Part shown: in pieces, positions 46,531 through 56,137 of the stretch | How positions within the stretch are numbered: the first letter of the stretch is position 1 | How the letters are laid out: the number at the start of each line of letters is the position of its first letter | Virus record (IMG/VR): IMGVR_UViG_3300027759_000045 | Span: 282,857 to 346,856 of that record | Strand: one strand, 5' to 3' | Length of the DNA stretch: 64,000 nt | Notes under the pieces: generated by a model | Seen by the model: only the letters and a program-made list of their open reading frames with translations | Databases searched by the model: none | What the model was told of the DNA's origin: nothing | Program-made: the position numbers and the translations under genes

Positions 46531-47547
46531 ATGACTACACCTAGAATTGGCTTTTGTTGCAAGTGGCTAAATGACCCCACAGAATGTGGTGGCATGAAAG
46601 TCAATGCACGGGACCGTGACCTAAACGGCAGATCAACTACCATGAGGTGGCTTCGCGAACATGCCAGCGAAGCAGACCAGCGTCAGTGGGACATTATGAA
46701 TCACAACACCGCTGCCGCTGTGAAGATGATCGAACGTGTGGCCACATTGCCAGAAGGTCGTAGAATGGTACGGTTAGGTAGCGAAATGCTACAGGGCTAT
46801 ACCGAACCTTCGTGGATTGACTGGTGGCAACGTACAGAGATCCAGGATCACTGTGCCCAAATCTTTGCACCCATTGGTGAAACTGCTCGTAGACTGGGAG
46901 TTAGATTGAGTTTTCACCCTGGGCAGTTCTGTGTTTTGGCCAGTGAGAATCCCGGCATCGTAAATAGAAGTATACAGGAGTTTGAATATCATGCAGATAT
47001 GGTCAGGTGGATGGGATACGGCAAGACTTTTCAGGATTTTAAAATCAACGTACACATCTCGGGTAAACAAGGCCCCGCAGGTATTCGCTCTGCCCTCCAG
47101 CGTCTTAGTCCCGAAGCAAGAAACTGTATCACCATCGAAAACGACGAAAACGCCTGGGGAATTGATTCAAGCCTTGAACTTGCCAACGACTGTGCCCTTG
47201 TGCTTGATATACACCATCACTGGATCCGTACAGGAGACTACATTCAACCCTCCGACGATAGAGTTTCGCGTGTGATTGATTCCTGGCGCGGAGTAAGGCC
47301 GGCACTGCATTATTCAGTCAGCCGAGAAGACTTTCTGGTGGGGCATGACGCAGATGTATTGCCGGACATGGCCGCATTGTTGGCACAGGGCTATAAAAAA
47401 CAAAAACTACGAGCACACAGTGACTTCTATTGGAATTCAGCTGTGACTGACTGGGCATTGACCTTTGCTGAAAAGTTTGATATCCAATGCGAAGCCAAAG
47501 GCAAAAATTTGGCCAGTGAACAGGTTTATGAACGATATATTGCTTAA
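46531..47547 (+). CDS. uvdE: UV-damage endonuclease
   Basis: RIGFCC, RLGSE, SFHPGQF, IEND, LDIHHH, HYS, AHSD, EAKGK. Confidence 0.9.
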   Translation: MTTPRIGFCCKWLNDPTECGGMKVNARDRDLNGRSTTMRWLREHASEADQRQWDIMNHNTAAAVKMIERVATLPEGRRMVRLGSEMLQGYTEPSWIDWWQRTEIQDHCAQIFAPIGETARRLGVRLSFHPGQFCVLASENPGIVNRSIQEFEYHADMVRWMGYGKTFQDFKINVHISGKQGPAGIRSALQRLSPEARNCITIENDENAWGIDSSLELANDCALVLDIHHHWIRTGDYIQPSDDRVSRVIDSWRGVRPALHYSVSREDFLVGHDADVLPDMAALLAQGYKKQKLRAHSDFYWNSAVTDWALTFAEKFDIQCEAKGKNLASEQVYERYIA

Positions 47548-47815
47548 CACATTTGACTGGATACGAGATGATTTTAAGTCCCACCGAACTCGCTTTGTTA
47601 TTGAGTTGCTTGCTTGGGCTATTAGTATTGGCTGTTCAATTACTATGGCACTTACCGTACCCACGCCTCCGCTTCTTGCTCTTTACCCTGTGTGGATCTT
47701 TGGCTGTGCTCTGTATGCTTGGGCTAGTTGGACTAGGAAATCTTTTGGCATGCTGGCTAACTATCTATTGTTAACCACAATCGATAGTGTGGGATTAATT
47801 CGCATGCTTACATAA
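47528..47815 (+). CDS. Small multi-TM membrane protein
   Basis: Three hydrophobic helices; start at MNDILL. Confidence 0.7.
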   Translation: MNDILLNTFDWIRDDFKSHRTRFVIELLAWAISIGCSITMALTVPTPPLLALYPVWIFGCALYAWASWTRKSFGMLANYLLLTTIDSVGLIRMLT

Positions 47816-47833
47816 TATGCTCAATAAATAGAT

Positions 47834-48478
47834 GTGATGAAAACTATTGCACTATTTGTACATCAACCCAAATGCTCTGTGCAAAGCGGCAACGGAATTA
47901 TACAAGCATTAAGCCCACATTACAGTTTTAAAATTTTTACCCGCCACGAAGTTGAGCGGGATTTCTTTGACGATGTAGATTGTGTAGCAATACCCGGGGG
48001 CATTGGTGATGCTAGTAGTTTTAAATATTTGTTAAAAGACAACGGGTCACGTATACGTGACTTTGTAAACAATGGCGGAGCATATTTAGGAATCTGCATG
48101 GGCGCATATTGGGCCGGTAGCAATTACTTTGATATAATTAAAGATGTTGATGCAGAACAATACATGTGCAGGCCAGGGACAGATACAAGACGCCCCCATG
48201 CTAAGAATATTGATATAACTTGGAACAATACGCCAATGAAGATGTTTTGGTATGATGGGTGTGCTCTAGTAGGTGATGAGTCAAAGTTCAAAACTGTGGC
48301 TCGTTATACAGGAAATAACGACCCCATGGCTATTGTGCAAGGCCGTACAGGATTAATCGGGTGCCACCCCGAAAGCACACCTCATTGGTATTCTTCCTAC
48401 AGTTGGATGCGTGATCAATTCCACAACGGCCAACATCATCAATTATTGTTAAGATTTGTTAACGAATTACTGTTGTAA
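47834..48478 (+). CDS. BPL-N / class I glutamine amidotransferase-like protein
   Basis: PGG, YLGICMGAY, GCHPE. Confidence 0.8.
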   Translation: MMKTIALFVHQPKCSVQSGNGIIQALSPHYSFKIFTRHEVERDFFDDVDCVAIPGGIGDASSFKYLLKDNGSRIRDFVNNGGAYLGICMGAYWAGSNYFDIIKDVDAEQYMCRPGTDTRRPHAKNIDITWNNTPMKMFWYDGCALVGDESKFKTVARYTGNNDPMAIVQGRTGLIGCHPESTPHWYSSYSWMRDQFHNGQHHQLLLRFVNELLL

Positions 48479-48511
48479 CAAAATTGTAACAGTCTTTGTC
48501 TTAAATAACAG

Positions 48512-49375
48512 ATGAAGACATATCGCTCAATCTTTGTTAGTGATGTCCACCTTGGAACCAAAGATTGTCAAGCCGATCGTCTCAATAACTTCCTCAAACA
48601 CAACTCTTGCGACACACTGTACCTAGTAGGCGATATTATCGACGCCTGGAAGATTCAACAAAACAAGTGGCGTTGGAAACAAAGCCACACTAATGTAGTT
48701 CGTCGTGTATTAGGTCATGCCAAGCGTGGCACTAGAGTTGTATTCATTGCAGGCAACCATGATGAATTCTTAAGACCTATGATACCATATGGTTTTAGTT
48801 TTGGTCTTGTTGAGATACACAATCAAATAGAGCACATAGGTGCAGATGGTCGACACTATCTAGTTGTTCACGGAGACCTGTTTGACGGCATTACCCGTCT
48901 GGCACCGTGGATAGCATTCCTGGGAGACAAAGCATATGACTTTGTTCTTGAACTCAACAATAAGTTTAATTGGATACGTCGTCGTATGGGTTTCGGCTAC
49001 TGGAGCCTTAGCCGTTATCTTAAATACAAGGTTAAAAAAGCTGTAGACTTTGTGTTCAAGTTTGAAGAGAACTTGGCTAACTACTGCAAGAAGCGTGGAT
49101 TTGATGGTGTCATCTGTGGGCACATACATCACGCAGAGATAAAAGAAATCAATGGCGTAACTTATATGAATGACGGTGACTGGGTCGAGTCATGTACCGC
49201 ACTGGTAGAGCACTGGGACGGTAAGTGGGAAATCATAACCTGGACCAAGGAGAAGGACGATGTGGATACTGATAATACTGGCAGTTCACTTAAACGACTC
49301 AAAAGACGTGCCGGGGCGAGTGGAATTGACATTCCAGGACCAACACACTTGCCTGCAGGTGTTAAGTACAATTAA
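48512..49375 (+). CDS. LpxH-like UDP-2,3-diacylglucosamine hydrolase family
   Basis: SDVHLG, GDIID, GNHD, HGD, GHIH. Confidence 0.85.
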   Translation: MKTYRSIFVSDVHLGTKDCQADRLNNFLKHNSCDTLYLVGDIIDAWKIQQNKWRWKQSHTNVVRRVLGHAKRGTRVVFIAGNHDEFLRPMIPYGFSFGLVEIHNQIEHIGADGRHYLVVHGDLFDGITRLAPWIAFLGDKAYDFVLELNNKFNWIRRRMGFGYWSLSRYLKYKVKKAVDFVFKFEENLANYCKKRGFDGVICGHIHHAEIKEINGVTYMNDGDWVESCTALVEHWDGKWEIITWTKEKDDVDTDNTGSSLKRLKRRAGASGIDIPGPTHLPAGVKYN

Positions 49376-49414
49376 GTACAAACTGAAATTTGAAAATTTT
49401 AAGGTGGTAGCAGA

Positions 49415-50131
49415 ATGCAAACGACAATAAGTGATAAAATTACCATAGTGGTACCTTGCAAGAATGAGGAAACGTACATTCATCATTTGTTAAACTCTCT
49501 AAGAGAACAAAACATTGGCACAACTAGAATCATCATTGCTGACTGCTCAACTGACAGTACTAGACAGGTTATACTAGACAACAAGGGTTTGTTAAATGTA
49601 GAAATCATTGAGGGTGGGCCTGTTAGCGTGGCCAAAAACTGTGGCGCACGGTTGGTCACTACTCCGTACATCTTGTTCATTGATGCTGATGTGCGTTTTT
49701 TTAAAAATACAGTGATTCAGGATGCTGTTGACACAATAGAATCAAAAAACTTGGACCTAATAGGTTTAAAAATAAAATGTTATGATCGAGACCCAAGAAC
49801 CAAGATTGGTTTTGTTATCTTTAACACCATAAATCACGCATTGAAATTCTTCTCTCCTTTTGCTGTAGGAGCATTTATGTTGACACGCAGAGATCGTTTT
49901 GAAGAATTTGGTGGGTTCCCTGAACAGTTTGCAACGTCAGAAGATTTCTTCTTAAGTCGCAAGTACAGTCCTAAAAAGTTTAAAATTGTTCGACACCACT
50001 TTGGTCAGGATAGTCGTAGATTCAAGAAGATGGGGTACATGGGCATGGCCAAATACCTTGTCAAGAACTTTGTCAATCGCAATAATCGAGCGTACTGGGA
50101 CAAGTTAGATTCATCCAAGTACTGGAATTAA
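49415..50131 (+). CDS. Glycosyltransferase family 2
   Basis: IVVPCKNE, DCSTD, FIDAD, SED. Confidence 0.9.
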   Translation: MQTTISDKITIVVPCKNEETYIHHLLNSLREQNIGTTRIIIADCSTDSTRQVILDNKGLLNVEIIEGGPVSVAKNCGARLVTTPYILFIDADVRFFKNTVIQDAVDTIESKNLDLIGLKIKCYDRDPRTKIGFVIFNTINHALKFFSPFAVGAFMLTRRDRFEEFGGFPEQFATSEDFFLSRKYSPKKFKIVRHHFGQDSRRFKKMGYMGMAKYLVKNFVNRNNRAYWDKLDSSKYWN

Positions 50132-50152
50132 AAAAGTCTCTTTCGAGACTTT

Positions 50153-50365
50153 TTACTTTACAACTGGTTTTTTGGGTGCCCGTGGTTTTGCTGGTGCTTT
50201 AGGCTTGGGCGCTGTCTTGGGTTTGGCAATTGGTTTAGCAACTGGGGTAGGGTCTGCTTTTGCCACCGGTGCTGGTGTCTCAACCTTGTAGGGTGCAGAC
50301 GCCTGGACTTCTACTTCGAGTTGAGTTGGTTTACCAAACAAGAATTCTTTGATTTTTGTTAACAT
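50153..50365 (-). CDS. Small Pro/Lys/Ala-rich protein
   Basis: TAAATA at 50384-50389; AGGAG SD. Confidence 0.75.
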   Translation of the reverse strand: MLTKIKEFLFGKPTQLEVEVQASAPYKVETPAPVAKADPTPVAKPIAKPKTAPKPKAPAKPRAPKKPVVK

Positions 50366-50445
50366 AATGTTCTCCTATACAGTTATTTATTACTCGTAAA
50401 CGGCTAACAAAATTAGTGACCATTCACTAATAAAAATACCAAAAG

Positions 50446-50467
50446 ATGTTGCGTTGCAACATAAATA
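50446..50467 (+). promoter_or_regulatory. TGC-N3-GCA palindrome fused to a late promoter
   Basis: ATGTTGCGTTGCAACATAAATA. Confidence 0.6.
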
Positions 50468-50537
50468 ATGTTACAATAGAACATAGGGTGCTGAATAGGT
50501 CGGGCCTTATGGTAAACTCGCTTAATAGGAGAAAATT

Positions 50538-50816
50538 ATGTTTACATTAGACGCAACAATCGACGCCGTTCAAACCGGTAAAAAACAATTTGTCAAGACA
50601 TTTGTTCAAAACGAAAAGGTAGCAGACGCAATGAACACTTTCATTGATGAGCAAGCTTCTTATACCAAAAAAGCTGCCAAAGTTGGTTCTGACACATTTG
50701 CTGTATTGTCCAGTGAAATGGTTAAAACTGCACAAGAAGCCACCAAGTTTGACTACACCAAGTTTGGTGAAGGTATCATGAAGGCTTACCAAACTACTCA
50801 ATCCAAAGCCAAATAA
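50538..50816 (+). CDS. Amphipathic helical protein, phasin-like
   Basis: AGGAG SD; Ala/Lys/Thr-rich helices; function inferred from composition and the upstream operator. Confidence 0.45.
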   Translation: MFTLDATIDAVQTGKKQFVKTFVQNEKVADAMNTFIDEQASYTKKAAKVGSDTFAVLSSEMVKTAQEATKFDYTKFGEGIMKAYQTTQSKAK

Positions 50817-50838
50817 TAACCGTTTGGCCCAAAAGGCA

Positions 50839-50867
50839 TTGACCAATTAATCCAGTTCGTGTATAAT
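50839..50867 (+). promoter_or_regulatory. sigma70 promoter
   Basis: TTGACC-17 bp-TATAAT. Confidence 0.8.
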
Positions 50868-50944
50868 ACACACATGAACTGGATTTTTCTTGGGTGTAAA
50901 CAAACCATATCGGTTAACCGGAAAAAGACACAAAAGGTATCGAA

Positions 50945-51637
50945 ATGAAAAGTCGTATTTTATCTGCCACAGCCGTAGCAGTGCTGGTAACATTGGCTGG
51001 ATGCAGTTCCAATCCGCTGAGCCAAAATAGTAGCATTGCACCCGGGTCCAATGCCACTGCTCCTATTAGCGAACAAACTGCCACTAGCGACTTTACTCGC
51101 CAAGGTGTCACGATCAAGTATAGTCTGTGGTCTGGTGCTGTTGAGAGCATTGAGGTCATTGGCTACGCACCTGTCTGGGGCAACAGCCAAAACGCACTGC
51201 GTGAATCGTTCCGTGTGGCTGAACTTGAAGCTAAGAAAAGTCTCAATGACTTTATCAATAAAGAGAACATCACAAGTCGTACATCTGTGCGCATGATCAG
51301 TAGCAACCTGGAACAGGCCAACGACAACAAGAAAAACAACTTTACCACCAATGTTGTTAAATCTACAGATGACACAGACGTTGCGGCCGACCTAAATCCG
51401 CAAAAGAATAGTGGTACCTCTTCCAAAGAAGATAACACTGCTGTTCGTAATGATGCGTTAAGAATTGCCAGCAGAGTCAACAATGTCATCACCACACAGA
51501 ATGCTGGCATCCTGTCGGGCTTGTATCTGGTCAAGGGTGAAGTGATCAACAGTGGTAAAAACGTTAAGGTGGTGTATCGTTGGGACAAAAAATCCAACGC
51601 AGTGCGCCCAGTGGTACGTGGCCTGATGATGCAGTAA
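50945..51637 (+). CDS. Lipoprotein (LPP20-like)
   Basis: Lipobox LAGC. Confidence 0.75.
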   Translation: MKSRILSATAVAVLVTLAGCSSNPLSQNSSIAPGSNATAPISEQTATSDFTRQGVTIKYSLWSGAVESIEVIGYAPVWGNSQNALRESFRVAELEAKKSLNDFINKENITSRTSVRMISSNLEQANDNKKNNFTTNVVKSTDDTDVAADLNPQKNSGTSSKEDNTAVRNDALRIASRVNNVITTQNAGILSGLYLVKGEVINSGKNVKVVYRWDKKSNAVRPVVRGLMMQ

Positions 51638-51638
51638 C

Positions 51639-52709
51639 ATGTTAAGGCGTTTACTGGTTGCAGTCAGTGCTGTTGTGGTCGTGACTGCCGCACACAGCGT
51701 TACTATTGCCGATGTTATTCGCAGTCCTATTGGAAATGGAATAACTGTGGCTCGTTGGATCTACGAAGCTGCCAACTCTGAAAAGGTCTTGTATGTGGAA
51801 GTTATCAGTGAAGGCAACACTTTTGAGCAAGCCAAACAACAAGGTTTTAGATTGGCAGTAGAACATGCAGTTGGAACAGTTGTGTCTTCTGAAACAGAAG
51901 TGCGCAATGACCGGCAGACACGGGATGAAATCATCACCTATGCATCGGGCTACGTAGATCGATTTGAAGTGGTTGAACAGCAAAGAGTAGGTAACCGAGT
52001 TCTTGTTAATATGAAGGTTTGGGTCCGGCCTAGCAAAATTGCCAACCGTTTGTTAAATAAATCTGCCACAGCAGGCACAGTGGAAGGTGGACGCATCAGT
52101 ACACAAATACAAACGCTACAGCATGAAAGGACGTCCGGTGATAGGTTGCTTAAATCTGTACTAGCTGACTATCCCAAACGAGCGTTTGTGATTGAAATGG
52201 ATAAAACACAGGTCATGTTTGATGCTAACCGTACTGGACAATTAGAAGTTGCGTTTTGGTTATCATGGAGTAAAGAGTACCTTGAAAGCATTGCAGAAGC
52301 ACTCTCCGCAATAAACCAACGCTCGGACTGTGGCGGCCTATTTGGATGCAGAAATGTTGCATCTCAGATTGATGTGATACGCCCAGGATTCGGATCAACT
52401 ACCCAAACTTGGTTCAACGATAAAGTTGCCGATCAAATGGTGCGTAAAGAGATGATCCAAAGCCAGCCCACTATCCGTATTGCCATTGTGGACACTGCAG
52501 GAAAAGAGCAATTTAAACAGTGTTTTTATGCTAAAGAATTGGACTACCGCGATCATTCTGCTTGGTACTATGTAAATCAGGATCATGACCGAGTGGCAAT
52601 TAATGGCAAAGCAGTCAAAAGATTCAACACTTTTATTGATCTCAGCCGGTTGCCCACAGCCAATTTAGACCAGATTAAAATAGCCATGGTTCGCGGTCCA
52701 AATTGTTAA
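51639..52709 (+). CDS. Exported protein with LPP20/FlgT-N-like domain
   Basis: Signal peptide; AKQQGFRLAVEHAVGTVVSSET..GYVDRFEVV. Confidence 0.65.
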   Translation: MLRRLLVAVSAVVVVTAAHSVTIADVIRSPIGNGITVARWIYEAANSEKVLYVEVISEGNTFEQAKQQGFRLAVEHAVGTVVSSETEVRNDRQTRDEIITYASGYVDRFEVVEQQRVGNRVLVNMKVWVRPSKIANRLLNKSATAGTVEGGRISTQIQTLQHERTSGDRLLKSVLADYPKRAFVIEMDKTQVMFDANRTGQLEVAFWLSWSKEYLESIAEALSAINQRSDCGGLFGCRNVASQIDVIRPGFGSTTQTWFNDKVADQMVRKEMIQSQPTIRIAIVDTAGKEQFKQCFYAKELDYRDHSAWYYVNQDHDRVAINGKAVKRFNTFIDLSRLPTANLDQIKIAMVRGPNC

Positions 52710-52800
52710 TTTTTGGCGCCAACATTGCGCCATAAGTAGTTGTGCATCTTGACAGTTCAGTAGTATAATACTGAACACACACAAATTAACTGATTTAAAC

Positions 52801-53376
52801 ATGGCCACACAGCAAGATTTTGACACCGTTAAAGACCACACACAAGCACTAGCAGATAATGGCATGTACGTTTTCATGGGCGAAGTAGACCATGAAAGTA
52901 TAAAGCCTGCAATCGAATGGATTCTGCACGAGAACTTTGTTGTAAAGAGAAAACGCAAAGAACTGTTGTTGATGATCTGTTCAGAGGGCGGAGACATGAG
53001 TGCTGCCTTTGCCCTGATTGATGTGATGCGCAGTTCCAACATATTCATTAAGACTGTGGGCCTGGGTCAGATTGCCAGTGCTGGCCTGTTGATCTTTTTA
53101 GCAGGATCCCCGGGTCGTAGAACACTCACCCCCAACACTAGTATCATGAGTCATCAGTATGCCTGGGGTAATGATGGCAAGCATCACGAGTTAATGGCCA
53201 CAATGAAAGAGTTTGATCTCACACAAAAGCGCATGGTTGCACACTATGTGCAGTGTACAGGATTATCAGAAGAAGAAATCAAACGAACATTGTTGCCAGC
53301 ACACGATGTGTATCTCAGTGCAGAAGAAGCCTTGAAGCTTGGCATCTGCGACAACATCTCTATACTAAATCGTTAA
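52801..53376 (+). CDS. Divergent ClpP-family protease
   Basis: CSEGGD, IASAG (Ser), MSHQ (His). Confidence 0.85.
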   Translation: MATQQDFDTVKDHTQALADNGMYVFMGEVDHESIKPAIEWILHENFVVKRKRKELLLMICSEGGDMSAAFALIDVMRSSNIFIKTVGLGQIASAGLLIFLAGSPGRRTLTPNTSIMSHQYAWGNDGKHHELMATMKEFDLTQKRMVAHYVQCTGLSEEEIKRTLLPAHDVYLSAEEALKLGICDNISILNR

Positions 53377-54818
53377 CGCTGACGCTTGCGTCCCAGCGTT
53401 TTATCGTTACCAATCTGCACAGGTTTTGCAGGTTCTACCGTTTCTTCAACTGCACCAGTGGGACTTAATTTAAAATTAAACCCTCCGCCTCCTGGGTCTA
53501 CAGCACTGCTTTTATTTTCCATAGTAATCTTGCCATCTAGTTTGGCTGGCCACTGTGTGTTAAACACAAGAGAACCCGATTTTCTCACTAAACTTGTGTA
53601 CTGCTGAATAAAATTATAATCTAAAATTTCTAAAACAGCAGCCTGAAATTCTGGAACAGCACCGCTATTAACAATATTCTTCACAGCCTGTTTAGTAACA
53701 TAAGTTAATTTGCCGCCGTCGGTGCCGGTACTATCGACCATGCTGGTTATTTTTTTGTACTTGGGAAGATCAACTCGTTGGCTTCTTGGTGCAAGTCTAC
53801 TTGCATTTATTTCATCAACGATTGATGACGGCCATGGCAAGAAAGGTTTAAACACCGCAGGAATAGACTCTGGAATCCGTTCGTTTAACAGATTCATTGC
53901 TTGGAATGCCTGACTGATTGCAGTAGGTTTAGGTAAATTTGCATTTTGCGTCAAATCAATTAGGTCAATTGCAGTACGGTATGATTTTTTCTTTCTAAGA
54001 TGATCCGGAATACGTAAGCCACTCACTGCTGGTGATGCGCCACCGCCAGTGCCTTTACTAGAAATGTTGATTTGATGATTGGTGGTAGGGTTAGTAATCT
54101 CAGCAATACTGTCGGCCAGTGGATTATTTTCTTTACTTGGAAAATTTAAAATTAAACTGTCAAGACTTCCGCCCAGCCACTTGGTAAAATCTGCTTGATT
54201 GGGAAAATTAGTTCGACCGTAGATCAGGGCCAGCACGCCTAGATATTCTCCAGCATAGTCAACAATGGCAGCAGTTACAGGCCCTGATGCTAAAATTTCT
54301 TTAGGGATCACTGGAGTTTGCCCGGCTATGATTGCCTTGGCACAGGCAACGACTGCCTGGCCGTGCGGTGTACTATTTAGAATTGGGTTGTTGATGATGA
54401 CCCGACCAAGTTGACCTGCTTTGATCGGTTGGTCAGTAATGCCAATCTGATTGGGCTTTAAGCCAGCAGCATCTTTGCTGAGCTTGCTAGCATCATCATC
54501 GGGTTTAGCAGTGGCTCCACCGAAGTCAGCAGTTTTACTAAAGCTACTCAATGGCCAGATGTTTCCTTTGGCATCAGTGCCGGTTAATCCACCTTTAAAT
54601 TTGTTTTCTCTTGCTAGTGCTAAAAAGCGTTCAGCCTCTGAAGGGTCTAGTATAACTTCGGTTCCCTTGGGGAACCCGTTAACATCTTTGTCAAGATAAA
54701 ATGGCTTGCCATTTGCAATATGTCCAATGAAGGCATTAAACCGATCTTCATACTTGTTAATCTCACCGGCTGATAATGCCACTTCGTGAAGGTCAATTAA
54801 ATTAAGTAGGTCGCGCAT
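53373..54818 (-). CDS. Hypothetical protein with possible PD-(D/E)XK fold
   Basis: MRDLLNLIDLHE start; PLADSIAE..NISSKG. Confidence 0.6.
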   Translation of the reverse strand: MRDLLNLIDLHEVALSAGEINKYEDRFNAFIGHIANGKPFYLDKDVNGFPKGTEVILDPSEAERFLALARENKFKGGLTGTDAKGNIWPLSSFSKTADFGGATAKPDDDASKLSKDAAGLKPNQIGITDQPIKAGQLGRVIINNPILNSTPHGQAVVACAKAIIAGQTPVIPKEILASGPVTAAIVDYAGEYLGVLALIYGRTNFPNQADFTKWLGGSLDSLILNFPSKENNPLADSIAEITNPTTNHQINISSKGTGGGASPAVSGLRIPDHLRKKKSYRTAIDLIDLTQNANLPKPTAISQAFQAMNLLNERIPESIPAVFKPFLPWPSSIVDEINASRLAPRSQRVDLPKYKKITSMVDSTGTDGGKLTYVTKQAVKNIVNSGAVPEFQAAVLEILDYNFIQQYTSLVRKSGSLVFNTQWPAKLDGKITMENKSSAVDPGGGGFNFKLSPTGAVEETVEPAKPVQIGNDKTLGRKRQR

Positions 54819-54862
54819 GGTGTATTCTTTTCCGTTGTTGTTTACTTATCATAAATCAATAT

Positions 54863-56137
54863 ATGAAACAAAGTAATTTATACTGTATTTTGGCCGACAA
54901 AGGACTGGGCTTGCACAATTCTGGCCGAACGTATCTGTGCTGCCACAGTAGAAAATACCTAGAAGATGCACAGGGTGAACAGATATATCTAGACACCCAC
55001 ACGTTAGAACAGGCGTGGACCAGCCCTACACGCAGAGAAATACAAGAATCTTTGGAAAACAATCAAGAGCATGCTAGTTGCCAGGCCTGCTGGGACGATG
55101 AACACGCCGGCAAAAAGTCACGCAGACAGTGGCACAACGGTATGAATCATCCTGTGACTGACCGTGATGATCAGCCGCAAATACTAGATTTAAAAATGGG
55201 CAACACCTGCAACATGAAATGCAGAACCTGTAACCCAGAAGTGTCCAGTCAATGGTATCGAGAAGATTGGGAATTGGCAGCACAGCCTGCAGAAGGCGTT
55301 TCATATTCCGAGTATCTCAAACGCTGGCGCAGAATTCCTGCCAGTTATAGTGACAACAATCAAGACCTTTGGAACACCATGAGCAAGTGGGTGCCCAACA
55401 CAGTGTACATTGACTATTACGGTGCAGAGCCCATGCTGATCAAAAAGAACTTTGATGTGTTACAGACCGCAGTGGATCAAGGCACAGCAAAAAACATAGA
55501 CTTGCATTTTAGCACCAATGGCACTGTTTGGAATGATGAGTTAGAAAACTTATTAAAACAATTTAAACAAGTTTACTTTGATTTGAGCATCGATGACATT
55601 GAAGATAGGTGTGGATATATTCGCTATTCTAGTACCTGGGATCTGGTGGCCAGCAATCTTGAACGATTCCTACAGGCACAACGCACAAACAAAAACTTTC
55701 AATTTGGCGTGTGTATCACTGTCAACAGTTTGAATGTGTATTACCTGGATGAGATATTTGATTTCTTTGCAAAGAAAGGACTAGGCTGCAACTTCAACAT
55801 GTTGCACTTGCCATATCAACTGTGCGTGAAAAGTTTGCCTGATGCTGTTAAAACCGCAATCACTGATAAATTGTCAAAGTATGTGACGGGAGATGATATT
55901 GGGCCGTGGCACCAACGCTACTGGAAAGACCATTGTGAAATTGTGTTGAACTTTTTGAATACGCCAATGGAAGGACAACAGCATCACTTCCGGGAATTTC
56001 ATCGCTATACTCGCGGACTTGATCTCAGTCGTGACCAAACATTTGAAACAGCCTTACCTGAATTTGCAGAGTTAATCAAGCCGTGGTTTGCACCGCTTGA
56101 TCAGTTGCTTGTGGTTGATTCTCCAGTTTCAAAGTGA
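54863..56137 (+). CDS. Radical SAM protein with N-terminal Twitch-like domain
   Basis: YC..LCC..CQACW; MGNTCNMKCRTC; YGAEP. Confidence 0.9.
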   Translation: MKQSNLYCILADKGLGLHNSGRTYLCCHSRKYLEDAQGEQIYLDTHTLEQAWTSPTRREIQESLENNQEHASCQACWDDEHAGKKSRRQWHNGMNHPVTDRDDQPQILDLKMGNTCNMKCRTCNPEVSSQWYREDWELAAQPAEGVSYSEYLKRWRRIPASYSDNNQDLWNTMSKWVPNTVYIDYYGAEPMLIKKNFDVLQTAVDQGTAKNIDLHFSTNGTVWNDELENLLKQFKQVYFDLSIDDIEDRCGYIRYSSTWDLVASNLERFLQAQRTNKNFQFGVCITVNSLNVYYLDEIFDFFAKKGLGCNFNMLHLPYQLCVKSLPDAVKTAITDKLSKYVTGDDIGPWHQRYWKDHCEIVLNFLNTPMEGQQHHFREFHRYTRGLDLSRDQTFETALPEFAELIKPWFAPLDQLLVVDSPVSK

